Shown here in pieces: positions 42,030-51,235 of a DNA stretch of 64,000 nt. This DNA comes from Candidatus Yanofskybacteria bacterium RIFCSPLOWO2_01_FULL_42_49 (GTDB lineage Bacteria > Patescibacteriota > Minisyncoccia > 2-02-FULL-40-12 > GWA2-44-9). The DNA is taken from NCBI GenBank assembly GCA_001795615.1, contig MGKI01000006.1, positions 3,636 through 67,635 on the forward strand, given 5' to 3'. How positions within the stretch are numbered: the stretch's first letter is position 1; each line of letters opens with the position of its first letter. Made by a program: the position numbers and the translations under genes. The notes beneath the pieces are model-generated. The model did not search any database and was not told the DNA's origin. It saw nothing but the letters and a program-made list of their open reading frames with translations.

Positions 42030-42557
42030 TTATTCTAAACTTAAACCTCCATACATTTTAAACTCCAGAACACGATAAGAACCAACTAGTTCAGCCGCAA
42101 ACCGATCAGCCTCTTCTTCGGTTTTTTGGTCTGACTGTGTGTGTCTCAATTGTATGTGACCTAATTCATGGGCCACTATCACATCGAGGTACCTTCTATA
42201 CTTCCCGTTAAGAACTTGCTTAGTTAGAATTACCGTTTTACTGTAAAAATATAGGCCGACGGGAGTTACGGCCAACGCTTCATAAGGAAACTTTGTAACA
42301 TTGAGATCCTCAATCATCGAGCTTCCTCTGTCCACTCGAAAATAGACCGGGCCCTCTGTAACTTGAGGATTATCTGCAATCTTCTGACAAAGGTTATAAG
42401 CAGACTCATCAATCAGCCTTAAATCCTCGGTGTGAGCGTATGTGTCATAAATCAAATAAATCTGTTCACTTAATAAAAAAGTGGAATAAGCCGTAGTTGC
42501 TAAAAACAGTAAACCTAAAAAACCAATACCGAGAGTTGCTCTTGCGTTCATCCTCAT
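42030..42557 (-). CDS. Membrane-anchored HExxH (M48-like) metallopeptidase-domain protein
   Basis: N-terminal TM; AHELGH...EEEADRFA. Confidence 0.7.
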   Translation of the reverse strand: MRMNARATLGIGFLGLLFLATTAYSTFLLSEQIYLIYDTYAHTEDLRLIDESAYNLCQKIADNPQVTEGPVYFRVDRGSSMIEDLNVTKFPYEALAVTPVGLYFYSKTVILTKQVLNGKYRRYLDVIVAHELGHIQLRHTQSDQKTEEEADRFAAELVGSYRVLEFKMYGGLSLE

Positions 42558-42690
42558 ATAAACCTCACATAAACCTCTCCGGATACTAAAGGAACATGCT
42601 TATAGTATAAACTCAATAATAACGACCGTCAAGTTCAACGGTTCAAGTGCCGACTGGCTGACAGAAAAAAAATAAGGTATCATTATTTTC

Positions 42691-43674
42691 ATGGTTAAAG
42701 TTTTCTCCGGTATTCGGCCGAGCGGGAAATTACATCTGGGCAACTATCTCGGGGCTATAAAGAATTGGATTGAATTGCAGAACTCTGCCCAGCAGTCAAT
42801 TTTCGCCGTGGTTGATTATCATGGCATCACCACTCCCTATGACCCCAAGACATACCAACAGCAGATAATGGACGTCGTTCTGGACTACCTCGCCGCAGGA
42901 ATTGATCCTGATCCGTCAGCTGACGGACCACTGCTCATCCGCCAGTCAAAAGTCCCCCAACACACGGAACTGGCGTGGCTTTTCAATACAATTACTTCCA
43001 TTGGCTGGCTAGACCGCCTGCCAACATACAAAGAACAACTTGAAAAAACCGGCGTAAACAATATGGCCCTGCTTGATTATCCAGTACTAATGGCTGCCGA
43101 TATTTTGATTTACAAATCAAATCTCGTGCCAGTCGGCGAAGACCAATTGCCTCATATTGACCTAACTAACGAAATTGCGAAGCGATTTAATTCCCTATTC
43201 GGCGAAACTCTTCCTGTGGTAAAACCCCACCTTGCCGAAGGTTTTAGAATCATGTCTCTTCAAGATCCTACTAAAAAAATGTCCAAGACGGGAGACGAGG
43301 GAATTGCTTTGTCCGATGACCCGGACACTATCCGAACAAAAATAAAAAAAGCCGTTACTGATTCAGGAAAAGAGGTTAGATATGACGAAAAAGAAAAACC
43401 GGCAATATCAAATTTGCTTACTATCTATCACCTGCTGTCCGGAAAAGAAATTAAAACCCTTGAAAAAAAATATGACGGCCAATCTTATGTTGAATTCAAA
43501 AACGACCTTGCCGAAGTGGTAGTAAACTTCCTAAAGCCATTTCAGGAAAAAAGAAAGAAGTTTGAAGATAACCCCGATCGGGTTATGGAGATATTGACAA
43601 AATCGGAAGAAAAAGCTAGAGTATTGGCCAGTTCTACGCTAAAAGAAATTAAGGAAAGGATGGGGTTGGAATGA
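42691..43674 (+). CDS. trpS: Tryptophanyl-tRNA synthetase
   Basis: SGIRPSG.LHLGNY.GA, YPVLMAADIL, VPVGEDQ, KMSK. Confidence 0.98.
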   Translation: MVKVFSGIRPSGKLHLGNYLGAIKNWIELQNSAQQSIFAVVDYHGITTPYDPKTYQQQIMDVVLDYLAAGIDPDPSADGPLLIRQSKVPQHTELAWLFNTITSIGWLDRLPTYKEQLEKTGVNNMALLDYPVLMAADILIYKSNLVPVGEDQLPHIDLTNEIAKRFNSLFGETLPVVKPHLAEGFRIMSLQDPTKKMSKTGDEGIALSDDPDTIRTKIKKAVTDSGKEVRYDEKEKPAISNLLTIYHLLSGKEIKTLEKKYDGQSYVEFKNDLAEVVVNFLKPFQEKRKKFEDNPDRVMEILTKSEEKARVLASSTLKEIKERMGLE

Positions 43675-43913
43675 CTCTTCGGTCTTTCTTTCTGCTCTGG
43701 ATATTTATGTCTTTCTTAATTGCTCCCATAGTCGGACGCATTCTCAAGGAAATGGGCAAATGCTATCCCGTTATTCAAAATGCCGGAGAAAGATTTTGCA
43801 GCCATAATTACAAATTGGTAAATTCCGCTGGATATGAAGAAGGAGATGTGGTTTTCAATAGATACGTCTGCAATAAATGCAATCTAGAAAAAATTGTAGC
43901 CGAGCCGTGTTAA
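43671..43913 (+). CDS. Small hypothetical membrane protein with possible Zn ligands
   Basis: TM helix; FCSH...CNKC; overlaps trpS stop (ATGA). Confidence 0.55.
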   Translation: MTLRSFFLLWIFMSFLIAPIVGRILKEMGKCYPVIQNAGERFCSHNYKLVNSAGYEEGDVVFNRYVCNKCNLEKIVAEPC

Positions 43914-45256
43914 ACGGCTTTTTTAATTTCTAAGATCAGTTCCTCTTTTTTTTGTTCCATTAATTCTTTTGTTCCCGCCTCAACAACAATTCTAATTAGC
44001 GGTTCGGTATTAGAAAATCTTGCATTAAACCACCACTCTGGATACTCAACCGTTATCCCGTCAAGAAAGTTTTGCTTACCGTCACTGTATTTGTTTTTGA
44101 AATTCTCCATAATTTTAGATCTTAAACTATCATTTTGATTTATTTCTATATTTATCTCGCCGGAATTAACATATTTCTTGAACGGTTCAACCAGCGCCGA
44201 CAGCGTCTTTCCGGAAGACGCTACAATATTTAATATCCTCAACATCGCCAGCATAGCCGACTCGGCATAATTCATTTCTTTAAAGTCAAAATGTCCCGCC
44301 AGTTCTCCGCCAAGATCGGCGCCAATTTCTTCCATTTTACCTCTTACATAAACATACCCCGTTGGAGACGGGAATCCATTTTTACCGACAAGCTCTTTTA
44401 TGGATTTGGAGAACCGCAGGTCATAGACCACTTTAAGTTTTCTAAATAATCCTGACTGCGCCTTGAATAAAAGTCCGACAACGAACTCTGCTGGTAACTT
44501 GTCCCCTTTTTCATCCAGAACAGTAAGCCGGTCGGCATCGCCGTCAAAAGCAAATCCCAAATCTGCGCCAGTTTCAATAATTTTATTTTTTAACTGCTGG
44601 AGGTTATCTTTTTTGGAAATATCGGGAGAATGATTTGGAAAGTTTCCGTCAATGTCAAAATTTAGAAGAACCGGATCCAGATTTAACTTTTCCAACAGAG
44701 GTTTTAAGACGACCGGAGCCACACCGTTAGATGCGTCAATAACAAATCTAATGCGTTTGTTTTTGCCGCTAGATTCTCTGACAAGAAAATTAAGATACTG
44801 GTTTAAAACACTAATTTCTTCCACAGAACCGGCTTGCTTGCTTGTATTATCAAGCTCCAGGAGTTTTTGTATGTCCTTTAGGCCTGACCCAGAGTAAATC
44901 GGAACACCACCCCGACCCACAATCTTAAGTCCGTTATATTGCGGCGGATTATGAGATGCGGTTACCATGATTCCCCCATCGGCACCAAGGTTGTTAACCG
45001 AGAAATAAAAAAGCGGCGTCGTGCATTGGCCGATATAATAAACATCGCAGCCGGCTTTTGTCGCTCCTTCAAGAACCGCCTTTCTTAACGCTGGGGATGA
45101 TGTTCTCGCATCCTCTCCCATAACCAATTTCTTAGCATTCAGAAATTTAGCTGTCGCACCGGCTATTCTGCCCGCAATTTCTTCGTTCAATTCGTCGGGA
45201 TAGATTCCTCTGATGTCGTAAGCCCTAAAAGTTGACTGATTCATAAGGTCAGACAT
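43910..45256 (-). CDS. Phosphomannomutase/phosphoglucomutase
   Basis: FRAYDIRG, TASHNP, FDGDADR, GELAGHF, R.SNTEP; start 45256 or 45244. Confidence 0.95.
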   Translation of the reverse strand: MSDLMNQSTFRAYDIRGIYPDELNEEIAGRIAGATAKFLNAKKLVMGEDARTSSPALRKAVLEGATKAGCDVYYIGQCTTPLFYFSVNNLGADGGIMVTASHNPPQYNGLKIVGRGGVPIYSGSGLKDIQKLLELDNTSKQAGSVEEISVLNQYLNFLVRESSGKNKRIRFVIDASNGVAPVVLKPLLEKLNLDPVLLNFDIDGNFPNHSPDISKKDNLQQLKNKIIETGADLGFAFDGDADRLTVLDEKGDKLPAEFVVGLLFKAQSGLFRKLKVVYDLRFSKSIKELVGKNGFPSPTGYVYVRGKMEEIGADLGGELAGHFDFKEMNYAESAMLAMLRILNIVASSGKTLSALVEPFKKYVNSGEINIEINQNDSLRSKIMENFKNKYSDGKQNFLDGITVEYPEWWFNARFSNTEPLIRIVVEAGTKELMEQKKEELILEIKKAV

Positions 45257-45365
45257 TGTGTCAATGAGGAGGAGTGACAAAGGAATCGGCTAAAGTGATA
45301 AAATTGACACAATGTCTGACCTTAAGTATACTACTTCTAGCACATTATTAAAAAGAGCAAATACG

Positions 45366-45824
45366 GTGGCAGAACTAGGCGACCTTCCCAGCAACGGAGT
45401 AAATGTCATCGTCCAAAACAAACTTGGGCACTATCTGCTTGTGCATGACGGGAAAAAGTGGTCATTGCCCGGCGGTGGAATTAAACAAGGCGAAACTTCA
45501 AACCGAGCAGCCCTGCGAGAGACCCTAGAAGAAACTGGGTTGATGGTAATAGGAAAGTTGATACTTGTTGCCGATGTGCAGTTGGTAATAAAGTGGAAAC
45601 ACAAAGTGCTTCTGTTCAAGGCAATTGACTGGAACGGTATTATTAACCCGCTGATGAAAGACGAGATACGGGAAGCCAGGTTTTTCAAACCGGAACAAAT
45701 AAAAGACAATCCGGACATTTACCGGGCGCAAAGAGTTTTTATCCAAATCTTTGAGACGGCATACTTAAAGCTCCCCTTACCCGTATATGCTCTTGCTTCA
45801 GACCCCCCGGTCATTGAATGGTAG
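45366..45824 (+). CDS. NUDIX hydrolase
   Basis: Nudix box PGGGIKQGETSNRAALRETLEETGL; TTGACA-17-TATACT at 45304-45332 lies inside the ORF-track N-terminus, so GTG 45366 is the likelier start. Confidence 0.85.
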   Translation: MAELGDLPSNGVNVIVQNKLGHYLLVHDGKKWSLPGGGIKQGETSNRAALRETLEETGLMVIGKLILVADVQLVIKWKHKVLLFKAIDWNGIINPLMKDEIREARFFKPEQIKDNPDIYRAQRVFIQIFETAYLKLPLPVYALASDPPVIEW

Positions 45825-45863
45825 TTAGTCCGCCGGAGCGGACTTTTTAAATAATAAACAAGT

Positions 45864-46565
45864 ATGCAAGCAATAATACTCGCCGCCGGAAGAGGCACGA
45901 GGTTTGGGGAACTAACAAAAAAAACACCTAAATCCCTCGTACCGGTTAACGGCAAGCCAATTTTAGAATATACCCTTTCCTCATTGCCATCTTCAACAGA
46001 AGAAGTTTTTATTGTAATCGGCCACTTGGGAGAACAGATAAAAAAACATTTCGGAAACAGTCACGGCAGATTGAAAATTACCTACATAAAAATTAAAAAA
46101 CTTAACGGAACCGGTGGAGCTTTGTGGCAGGCAAAAACTTATCTTAAAAAAGACAGGTTTCTGGTTCTGAACGGCGACGACATTTACCGAAAATCGGAAC
46201 TGGAAAATTTAATAAAACACGGCTGGTCAGCCGGCCTGGCAAAAACTATCCCCCCAAGTTCCAAATATTTAACTTTCGAGTTAGATAAAGACGGCATGCT
46301 GCTCGGCGCCAGATATCCCACCAACGAAGAAATGACCCAGGGAATATTGATAAGCACAGGGGCTTTTGTGCTAAACCCTGATATTTTCAAATACAAGCTA
46401 GTTAAAATATCAAACGGAGAATACGGCCTGCCTCAAACTATTTTAAAATCAATCCGCAAACACCCGACAAAAGGAATTATAATGAAAAACTGGATTCAAA
46501 TAAACTGTCCGGAAGACGCCAATAAGGCAGAACAAATTTTAAAAACAAACAAGATTCTACCCTAA
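45864..46565 (+). CDS. Sugar-phosphate nucleotidyltransferase family protein
   Basis: ILAAGRGTR...PK.L, GTGGAL, LNGD. Confidence 0.9.
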   Translation: MQAIILAAGRGTRFGELTKKTPKSLVPVNGKPILEYTLSSLPSSTEEVFIVIGHLGEQIKKHFGNSHGRLKITYIKIKKLNGTGGALWQAKTYLKKDRFLVLNGDDIYRKSELENLIKHGWSAGLAKTIPPSSKYLTFELDKDGMLLGARYPTNEEMTQGILISTGAFVLNPDIFKYKLVKISNGEYGLPQTILKSIRKHPTKGIIMKNWIQINCPEDANKAEQILKTNKILP

Positions 46566-46585
46566 TTTTCTGCTATTATAATAAA

Positions 46586-47578
46586 ATGTTAAAAATTGGC
46601 ATAGTCGGGCTTCCAAATGTTGGAAAATCTACCCTATTTAAGGCATTAACAAATGTTGCTGTTGATATACAAAACTATCCATTTACAACGATTGACCCGA
46701 ATGTGGGAGTCGTAAGGGTTCCTGATGAAAGAGTTGACGCATTGGCTTTGATGTCTAATTCAAAGAAAAAAATTTATACGACTATTGAATTCATAGATAT
46801 CGCCGGATTAGTAAAAGGCGCGGCTCAGGGCGAAGGCCTAGGCAATAAATTTTTAGCCAACATCCGGGAGGTGGATGCTATCGCCCATGTAGTCCGCGTT
46901 TTTGAAGATAAGAATATAACCCATGTCCATAATAAGATTGACCCCATAAACGACATAGAAATAATTCAGACGGAACTAGAACTCGCTGATCTCCAGACAA
47001 AAGAGAGCCGAGCCAAGAAAAAAGACCATAGAGACTTGCCTGAGTTGGATTTACTGGCCGATAAAAAAGTTATTTTCGTACTTAACTGTTCCGAATCACA
47101 ACTAGCAAATAACTGGACTCCCTCCTTCGTTAAAACTTCGGAGGGCAAGCCCGATGATAATTTATTAAAAGCCATTGCTGGTAGGGACTATGTGGTTCTC
47201 TCAACTCCACTTGAACTAATTCTTTCTGAATCAACACAAGACGAGAAAAAAGAATACCTGACTACTTTTGGTATAAAGGAGTCGGGTTTAGATAAACTCA
47301 TAAAACAGAGCTATAAGACATTGGACTTACTCACATTCCTGACCACCGGCGAAGATGAAACGCGAGCATGGACAGCGCATATCGGCGACCCTATTCCTAG
47401 GGCGGCACGAGCAATTCACACCGACTTTGAAAAACTGTTCATCCGCGCTGAAGTCATCAATTGGAAGATGTTATTGGAAAGCGGATCGTGGGTTGAGGCA
47501 CGCAGCAAAGGGCTTCTCAAAACAGTGGGTCGTGACTACATTATCCAAGAAGGAGATGTGGTGGAAATTAAAATTTAA
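46586..47578 (+). CDS. ychF: Ribosome-binding ATPase YchF
   Basis: [42 protein letters not shown]. Confidence 0.97.
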   Translation: MLKIGIVGLPNVGKSTLFKALTNVAVDIQNYPFTTIDPNVGVVRVPDERVDALALMSNSKKKIYTTIEFIDIAGLVKGAAQGEGLGNKFLANIREVDAIAHVVRVFEDKNITHVHNKIDPINDIEIIQTELELADLQTKESRAKKKDHRDLPELDLLADKKVIFVLNCSESQLANNWTPSFVKTSEGKPDDNLLKAIAGRDYVVLSTPLELILSESTQDEKKEYLTTFGIKESGLDKLIKQSYKTLDLLTFLTTGEDETRAWTAHIGDPIPRAARAIHTDFEKLFIRAEVINWKMLLESGSWVEARSKGLLKTVGRDYIIQEGDVVEIKI

Positions 47579-47653
47579 CCGTTGACCCTGGGTCCCTTGA
47601 ATTTCAATCTAGTTATTGTAGTATCAAAACAGACTCTTTCAAAAAGAAGCCAA

Positions 47654-47884
47654 ATGAGCAACGCCAGTCTGATTGAAAGGATAAAACAAGCGATACGGGA
47701 CATCTTCAAGAAAAATAACAATACGCCGCTCCTAACGGAAGAACTGGTACCGCTGGTTGACAAGAAGATCGGCAACGGCGAGATAAACGAAGGACTTACA
47801 GTAGCCGCCATTGAAACAATGCTTGACCGATTTGAACTCGTTCAGTTGCCTAATACCAAATTGGAATTAGCCCAGCACTCTTAA
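47654..47884 (+). CDS. Small hypothetical protein
   Basis: 76-aa ORF from ATG 47654 with upstream promoter-like and boxA-like motifs. Confidence 0.5.
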   Translation: MSNASLIERIKQAIRDIFKKNNNTPLLTEELVPLVDKKIGNGEINEGLTVAAIETMLDRFELVQLPNTKLELAQHS

Positions 47885-47964
47885 AAAGAGTGTTTTGTTT
47901 TGGCATAAAAACCTGCCATTTGACTTTTCAACTCCCAACTGATAGCATAAGGTATCGTTATTAA

Positions 47965-48047
47965 ATAAGCTTTTAGCCCGATAGATCCCTTAGTGGACCA
48001 CAAGGCGCCCCATCGCGCCTTATCTGTCGAAGTTAAGCGCTATTCAA
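47965..48047 (+). promoter_or_regulatory. rpsF leader hairpin, possible S6:S18 autoregulatory element
   Basis: Promoter TTGACT-17-TAGCAT (47920-47948); CGATAGAT...ATCTGTCG stem with CCC-containing internal loop directly upstream of rpsF. Confidence 0.45.
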
Positions 48048-48476
48048 TTGGTTCAGACCAACTATGAACTTGCTTTTCATTTAAATCCCGACCTTGAGGA
48101 AACGCAAGTCAAACAAATAGCTCAGGATATAGAAAGTTACATAACTTCCAGTAGTGGAGTTGTTTCATTCAAAAAAGAACCGGAAAAGATACGACTTTCT
48201 TATACCGTCAAGCACAAGAGATTGGCCTACTTTTGTTACTATCATTTTAGTCTGGAGTCAGCAGAGGAGTTGTCTAAAATAGACGAACAAGTTAAAGTTA
48301 ATAAAGATGTTTTGCGATATATGATAATCAAGATACCGGCAGACTCAGGTAAGGCAAAGCCGAGGTTCAGGCCCCAAAAACCAAGAGTTATGACAGAAAA
48401 ACCGGCAGAAAAACAAACACCGGAACAAAGCAAAGAGCTTGATAAAGAACTCGAAGGAATTTTAGAAAACCTATAG
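48048..48476 (+). CDS. rpsF: 30S ribosomal protein S6
   Basis: YEL.F.L.P, RLSY.VK, VLRYMI; rpsF-ssb-rpsR order. Confidence 0.92.
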   Translation: MVQTNYELAFHLNPDLEETQVKQIAQDIESYITSSSGVVSFKKEPEKIRLSYTVKHKRLAYFCYYHFSLESAEELSKIDEQVKVNKDVLRYMIIKIPADSGKAKPRFRPQKPRVMTEKPAEKQTPEQSKELDKELEGILENL

Positions 48477-48527
48477 AATATAATCCAAATCTAAGATATA
48501 GTATCCGAATGCCACAAATAATATAAA

Positions 48528-48693
48528 TTATAACGCAGCGCGCTTGGCTAAGATTGAGACAAGAGCGAAGCCCGAACCGAGCCATACAATAAGTATGGTG
48601 AAGGGAGGACTGGAGCTCTTAACGAAAATATTAGGCAAGCCCGTAGGGCCCGTACCGCTTATTTATATAAGCGGAGGGCGAGCAAGTTAGAAA
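48528..48693 (+). other. Structured repeat element, copy B (ssb 5' region)
   Basis: Same terminal motifs and covarying stems as 22892-23107; ends at the ssb ATG. Confidence 0.85.
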
Positions 48694-49212
48694 ATGAATT
48701 TAAATAAGGTATTCCTAATCGGCCGATTAACCCAAGACCCGGAACTGCGATCCACCCCAAGCGGACAAAGCGTCGCTACTTTGCGTATGGCCACCAATCG
48801 CGTCTGGAACGATCCCTCGGGCAATAAAAAAGATGCAACCGAATTTCATACCGTTGTCGCTTGGGGACGATTAGGTGAAATAGCCAATCAATACTTGAAA
48901 AAGGGCGGTCTAGTAATGATAGAAGGGCGCATTCAGACTAGAACATGGACAGACCCAAACAATAACAAAAGATACTTTACCGAGGTAATAGCCGAGGGAC
49001 TCCAACTGGGACCGAGAACTAGCCGTCCCGCTGCCGAAGTTGACGGGATTTCTAAAACGCAGGGACAAGAAGGACAAGTCCCTTCGGCTCAACGCGAAAG
49101 ACAATCTCGGAACGGGAACGATGACATTCCGATAATTGACGCTAACGATCCCATTTCATCGGGAGTTGAAGAAGATGAGGTTAAGATCAAGGAAGAGGAC
49201 CTACCTTTTTAA
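48694..49212 (+). CDS. ssb: Single-stranded DNA-binding protein
   Basis: LNKV.LIGRLT.DPELR.TP.G, EGRIQTR, acidic C-terminal DLPF. Confidence 0.98.
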   Translation: MNLNKVFLIGRLTQDPELRSTPSGQSVATLRMATNRVWNDPSGNKKDATEFHTVVAWGRLGEIANQYLKKGGLVMIEGRIQTRTWTDPNNNKRYFTEVIAEGLQLGPRTSRPAAEVDGISKTQGQEGQVPSAQRERQSRNGNDDIPIIDANDPISSGVEEDEVKIKEEDLPF

Positions 49213-49403
49213 TTTAAGAAAATCTCTAAATTCTAATCTCTAATTTCTAAATAATCTCAAATATCAAATCCCAAAAGTTTTAAAATTTTTCTCCCTTTGG
49301 GAGATGTCCCGGAGGGACATAATTTTGAATTTTGATATTGTTTAGAGATTAGGGGTTAGAGATTAGAGGTTGTCATAATTTTAGGATTTAGAGATTATAT
49401 TCA
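49213..49403. repeat. Heptamer-periodic inverted element with nested GC hairpins
   Basis: CTCTAAATTCTAATCTCTAA... / ...TTGTTTAGAGATTAGGGGTTAGAGATTAG; internal TCTCCC-TTT-GGGAGA and TGTCCC-GGA-GGGACA. Confidence 0.75.
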
Positions 49404-49613
49404 ATGCAGTGTATTTTTTGTCAGGAAAATATAAATAGAGTTGATTATAAAAATACTCAATTTTTGAGGAAATTTGTCACATCTCAATTTAAGATCGGCT
49501 CGGCCCGAAGGAACAAGCTCTGCAGTTCCCACCAGCGTTTAGTCGCCCATGCCGTTAAACTCGCCAGATACATGGCGCTGATGCCATATACCCGCGGCCA
49601 AACCTCTCGCTAG
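49404..49613 (+). CDS. rpsR: 30S ribosomal protein S18
   Basis: C.FC...VDYKN...L.KF....KI...R....C..HQR..A.AVK.ARY.ALMPY. Confidence 0.95.
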   Translation: MQCIFCQENINRVDYKNTQFLRKFVTSQFKIGSARRNKLCSSHQRLVAHAVKLARYMALMPYTRGQTSR

Positions 49614-49880
49614 TTGCTCGGCCTTGCCATATCCTCACTATCTGGTGAAAGGTAAATTCTTCTCAGACACGCCTCCGGTCGCCCAGCGTGCGACCTCGGC
49701 TACTTTCTCCCAACCTTTTCTCGGGCAGTTTAACGATTATACTGCCCTCGTCCATGCAAAAGGTTGGGTCTCTAGTGTCTTTGAAGAACTTACCTTCCAC
49801 CCTTAGGGGTTACTAATGACAAGCGAGTCGCAACTGCTCTATGAGGAGTCCGTGGTGAGAAATGGGGGTGGGGCAAGTGA
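49612..49880 (-). ncRNA. Unidentified ~270-nt structured RNA candidate
   Basis: Nested long stems; a 19-bp helix (GGUGGAAGGUAAGUUCUUC/GAAGAAUUUACCUUUCACC) pairs fully with G-U only on the minus strand. Confidence 0.55.
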
Positions 49881-49895
49881 TGCATCTTAAGTTAT

Positions 49896-49941
49896 AAAAA
49901 CAAAAAAGCTCCGCGAATCCTTTTGGACTCAAGCGGAGCTT
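49896..49941 (-). terminator. Intrinsic terminator ending the putative large ncRNA
   Basis: AAGCTCCGC...GCGGAGCTT hairpin followed by a U-tract on the minus strand. Confidence 0.75.
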
Positions 49942-50613
49942 GTTAGTTTTTCGAGAACAGGGTCTAGGGTCGCTGAGGCAACCCATCTCCTGCCATAGGC
50001 CGGCCAACAAAAGGAGCCAGTATCCCGAAAACTTTTATTAGACTTTTTTCAAAAGAACAGCGAGGCACACTACAGGATCGGGTAACGTACGCTTCCCCGA
50101 GTGCAGGCCGCCTTTTTGTCAGGTAGTGCCGGAGCAACTACCCCGTCTCTCGCTTCCCGTAGGTAGGAGAGCGCGACTAGGCTCACGAAACCTACCCTCT
50201 GCGGTGCCTCGCTACCAGACCCACCAAGCTGGGTCAAGTTTGACTTGATCAAACTTGGCTCTGCTTCTTTGATGAAGCTGGTAGCAAGGGGAAGCTTGGA
50301 GCTTCCCGTAGAAAGAACAAGGGGCAGCCAGCGCTCTGCCCCACCGAATTTTAATTGTCGCTGACCAAAAAGTGGACAGATAGATTCGAGAATTGAATCG
50401 GCAAATGCGCTGGTATTTGCCTCATCTAATCCCTTATCTCCTGCTTCCCGGCTACCACAATCGCACGGCCGGAAAGAATGGTGCGAAGCTTAGGCTCTGT
50501 ATCAAACACCGTATTGAACCCGACGGTGGGACGGGCGAACCCTTAGCCTCGCGGAATTGAGCCAAAAACATATGTTTTTGAGCCAATTTCGCGAGACCAC
50601 TACTTCAGTGTAT
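49900..50613 (-). ncRNA. Unidentified ~710-nt highly structured non-coding RNA candidate
   Basis: Perfect promoter upstream, terminator downstream, GC-richer than flanks, more than 10 hairpins, no credible ORF. Confidence 0.7.
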
Positions 50614-50619
50614 ACCACC

Positions 50620-50648
50620 ATTATACTCCCTTCCACATAATTTGTCAA
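50620..50648 (-). promoter_or_regulatory. Perfect sigma70 promoter TTGACA-17-TATAAT
   Basis: TTGACA (50648-50643) AATTATGTGGAAGGGAG TATAAT (50625-50620). Confidence 0.88.
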
Positions 50649-50702
50649 GTGTCTGTACTGGACGGATACATCAAGGACACACTGATAAAACTATGTCTAA
50701 AA

Positions 50703-50927
50703 TCAAAGCTTCAGAAAATCTTTAACCGATAGCCCCGCTTGTTTGATAATCTTATTCAGCAAATTGCGTCCGATATCCTTACCTCCATGCATTGGAATAG
50801 AAGTTATGCGCTTAGTAACTGGGTGTTGAAAAAAGTAATGACTGCCTTTTGCATATAGAAAACGAAAACCGGCATGCGCCAGTTTCCTCATAATTATCCT
50901 AGCTGTCAAAATCGGCAAAATACTCAT
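50703..50927 (-). CDS. hicA: HicA-family toxin
   Basis: L...GF....KGSH..F.HP.....IP.H.GKDI...LL..I.KQAG. Confidence 0.9.
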   Translation of the reverse strand: MSILPILTARIIMRKLAHAGFRFLYAKGSHYFFQHPVTKRITSIPMHGGKDIGRNLLNKIIKQAGLSVKDFLKL

Positions 50928-51181
50928 GCTATCAAAGACTGCTTGCCGGTTTTTATTTTTATATCGCCTCGATTTTCTGCTTTAGCAATAATTCCGGCTT
51001 CAATTGCCCCTTCGATTGCTTCAATAATCATTCTTTTTGCCTCGTTAAGATTCTTTCCCCAAGAAACGGCACCAGGAACACCACGCGCCTCAACAGCATA
51101 TCCTCCCATGTCCTTTTCCGACTCGAATAGACACCTAAAAGAGCCGTATTTTGTTTTAATAGTAATAACTTTATTGCTCAT
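50924..51181 (-). CDS. hicB: HicB-family antitoxin
   Basis: GGY......PGAVSWGKNL.EA..MI.EAI; ATGA overlap with hicA. Confidence 0.88.
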   Translation of the reverse strand: MSNKVITIKTKYGSFRCLFESEKDMGGYAVEARGVPGAVSWGKNLNEAKRMIIEAIEGAIEAGIIAKAENRGDIKIKTGKQSLIA

Positions 51182-51235
51182 AGTTTCATTATATCACAAA
51201 GATGCCACCAAACAATAGAAAAAGTAGTGTCGGCA

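Noticed and set aside
22892-48693. Integron cassette array (attC-like ends)
   Set aside because: Only two dispersed copies, before housekeeping genes; no intI and no tandem cassettes
49624-50252. Short ORFs of 60-65 aa in the structured region
   Set aside because: Non-ATG starts, no SD, no protein-like motifs; they overlap dense RNA structure
49612-50613. RNase P RNA, tmRNA, SRP RNA or rRNA fragment
   Set aside because: No GAGGAAAGUCC P4, no tRNA-like GGGG...CCA ends, no intact SRP helix-8 motif and no rRNA conserved blocks recognised; an Rfam scan is still needed
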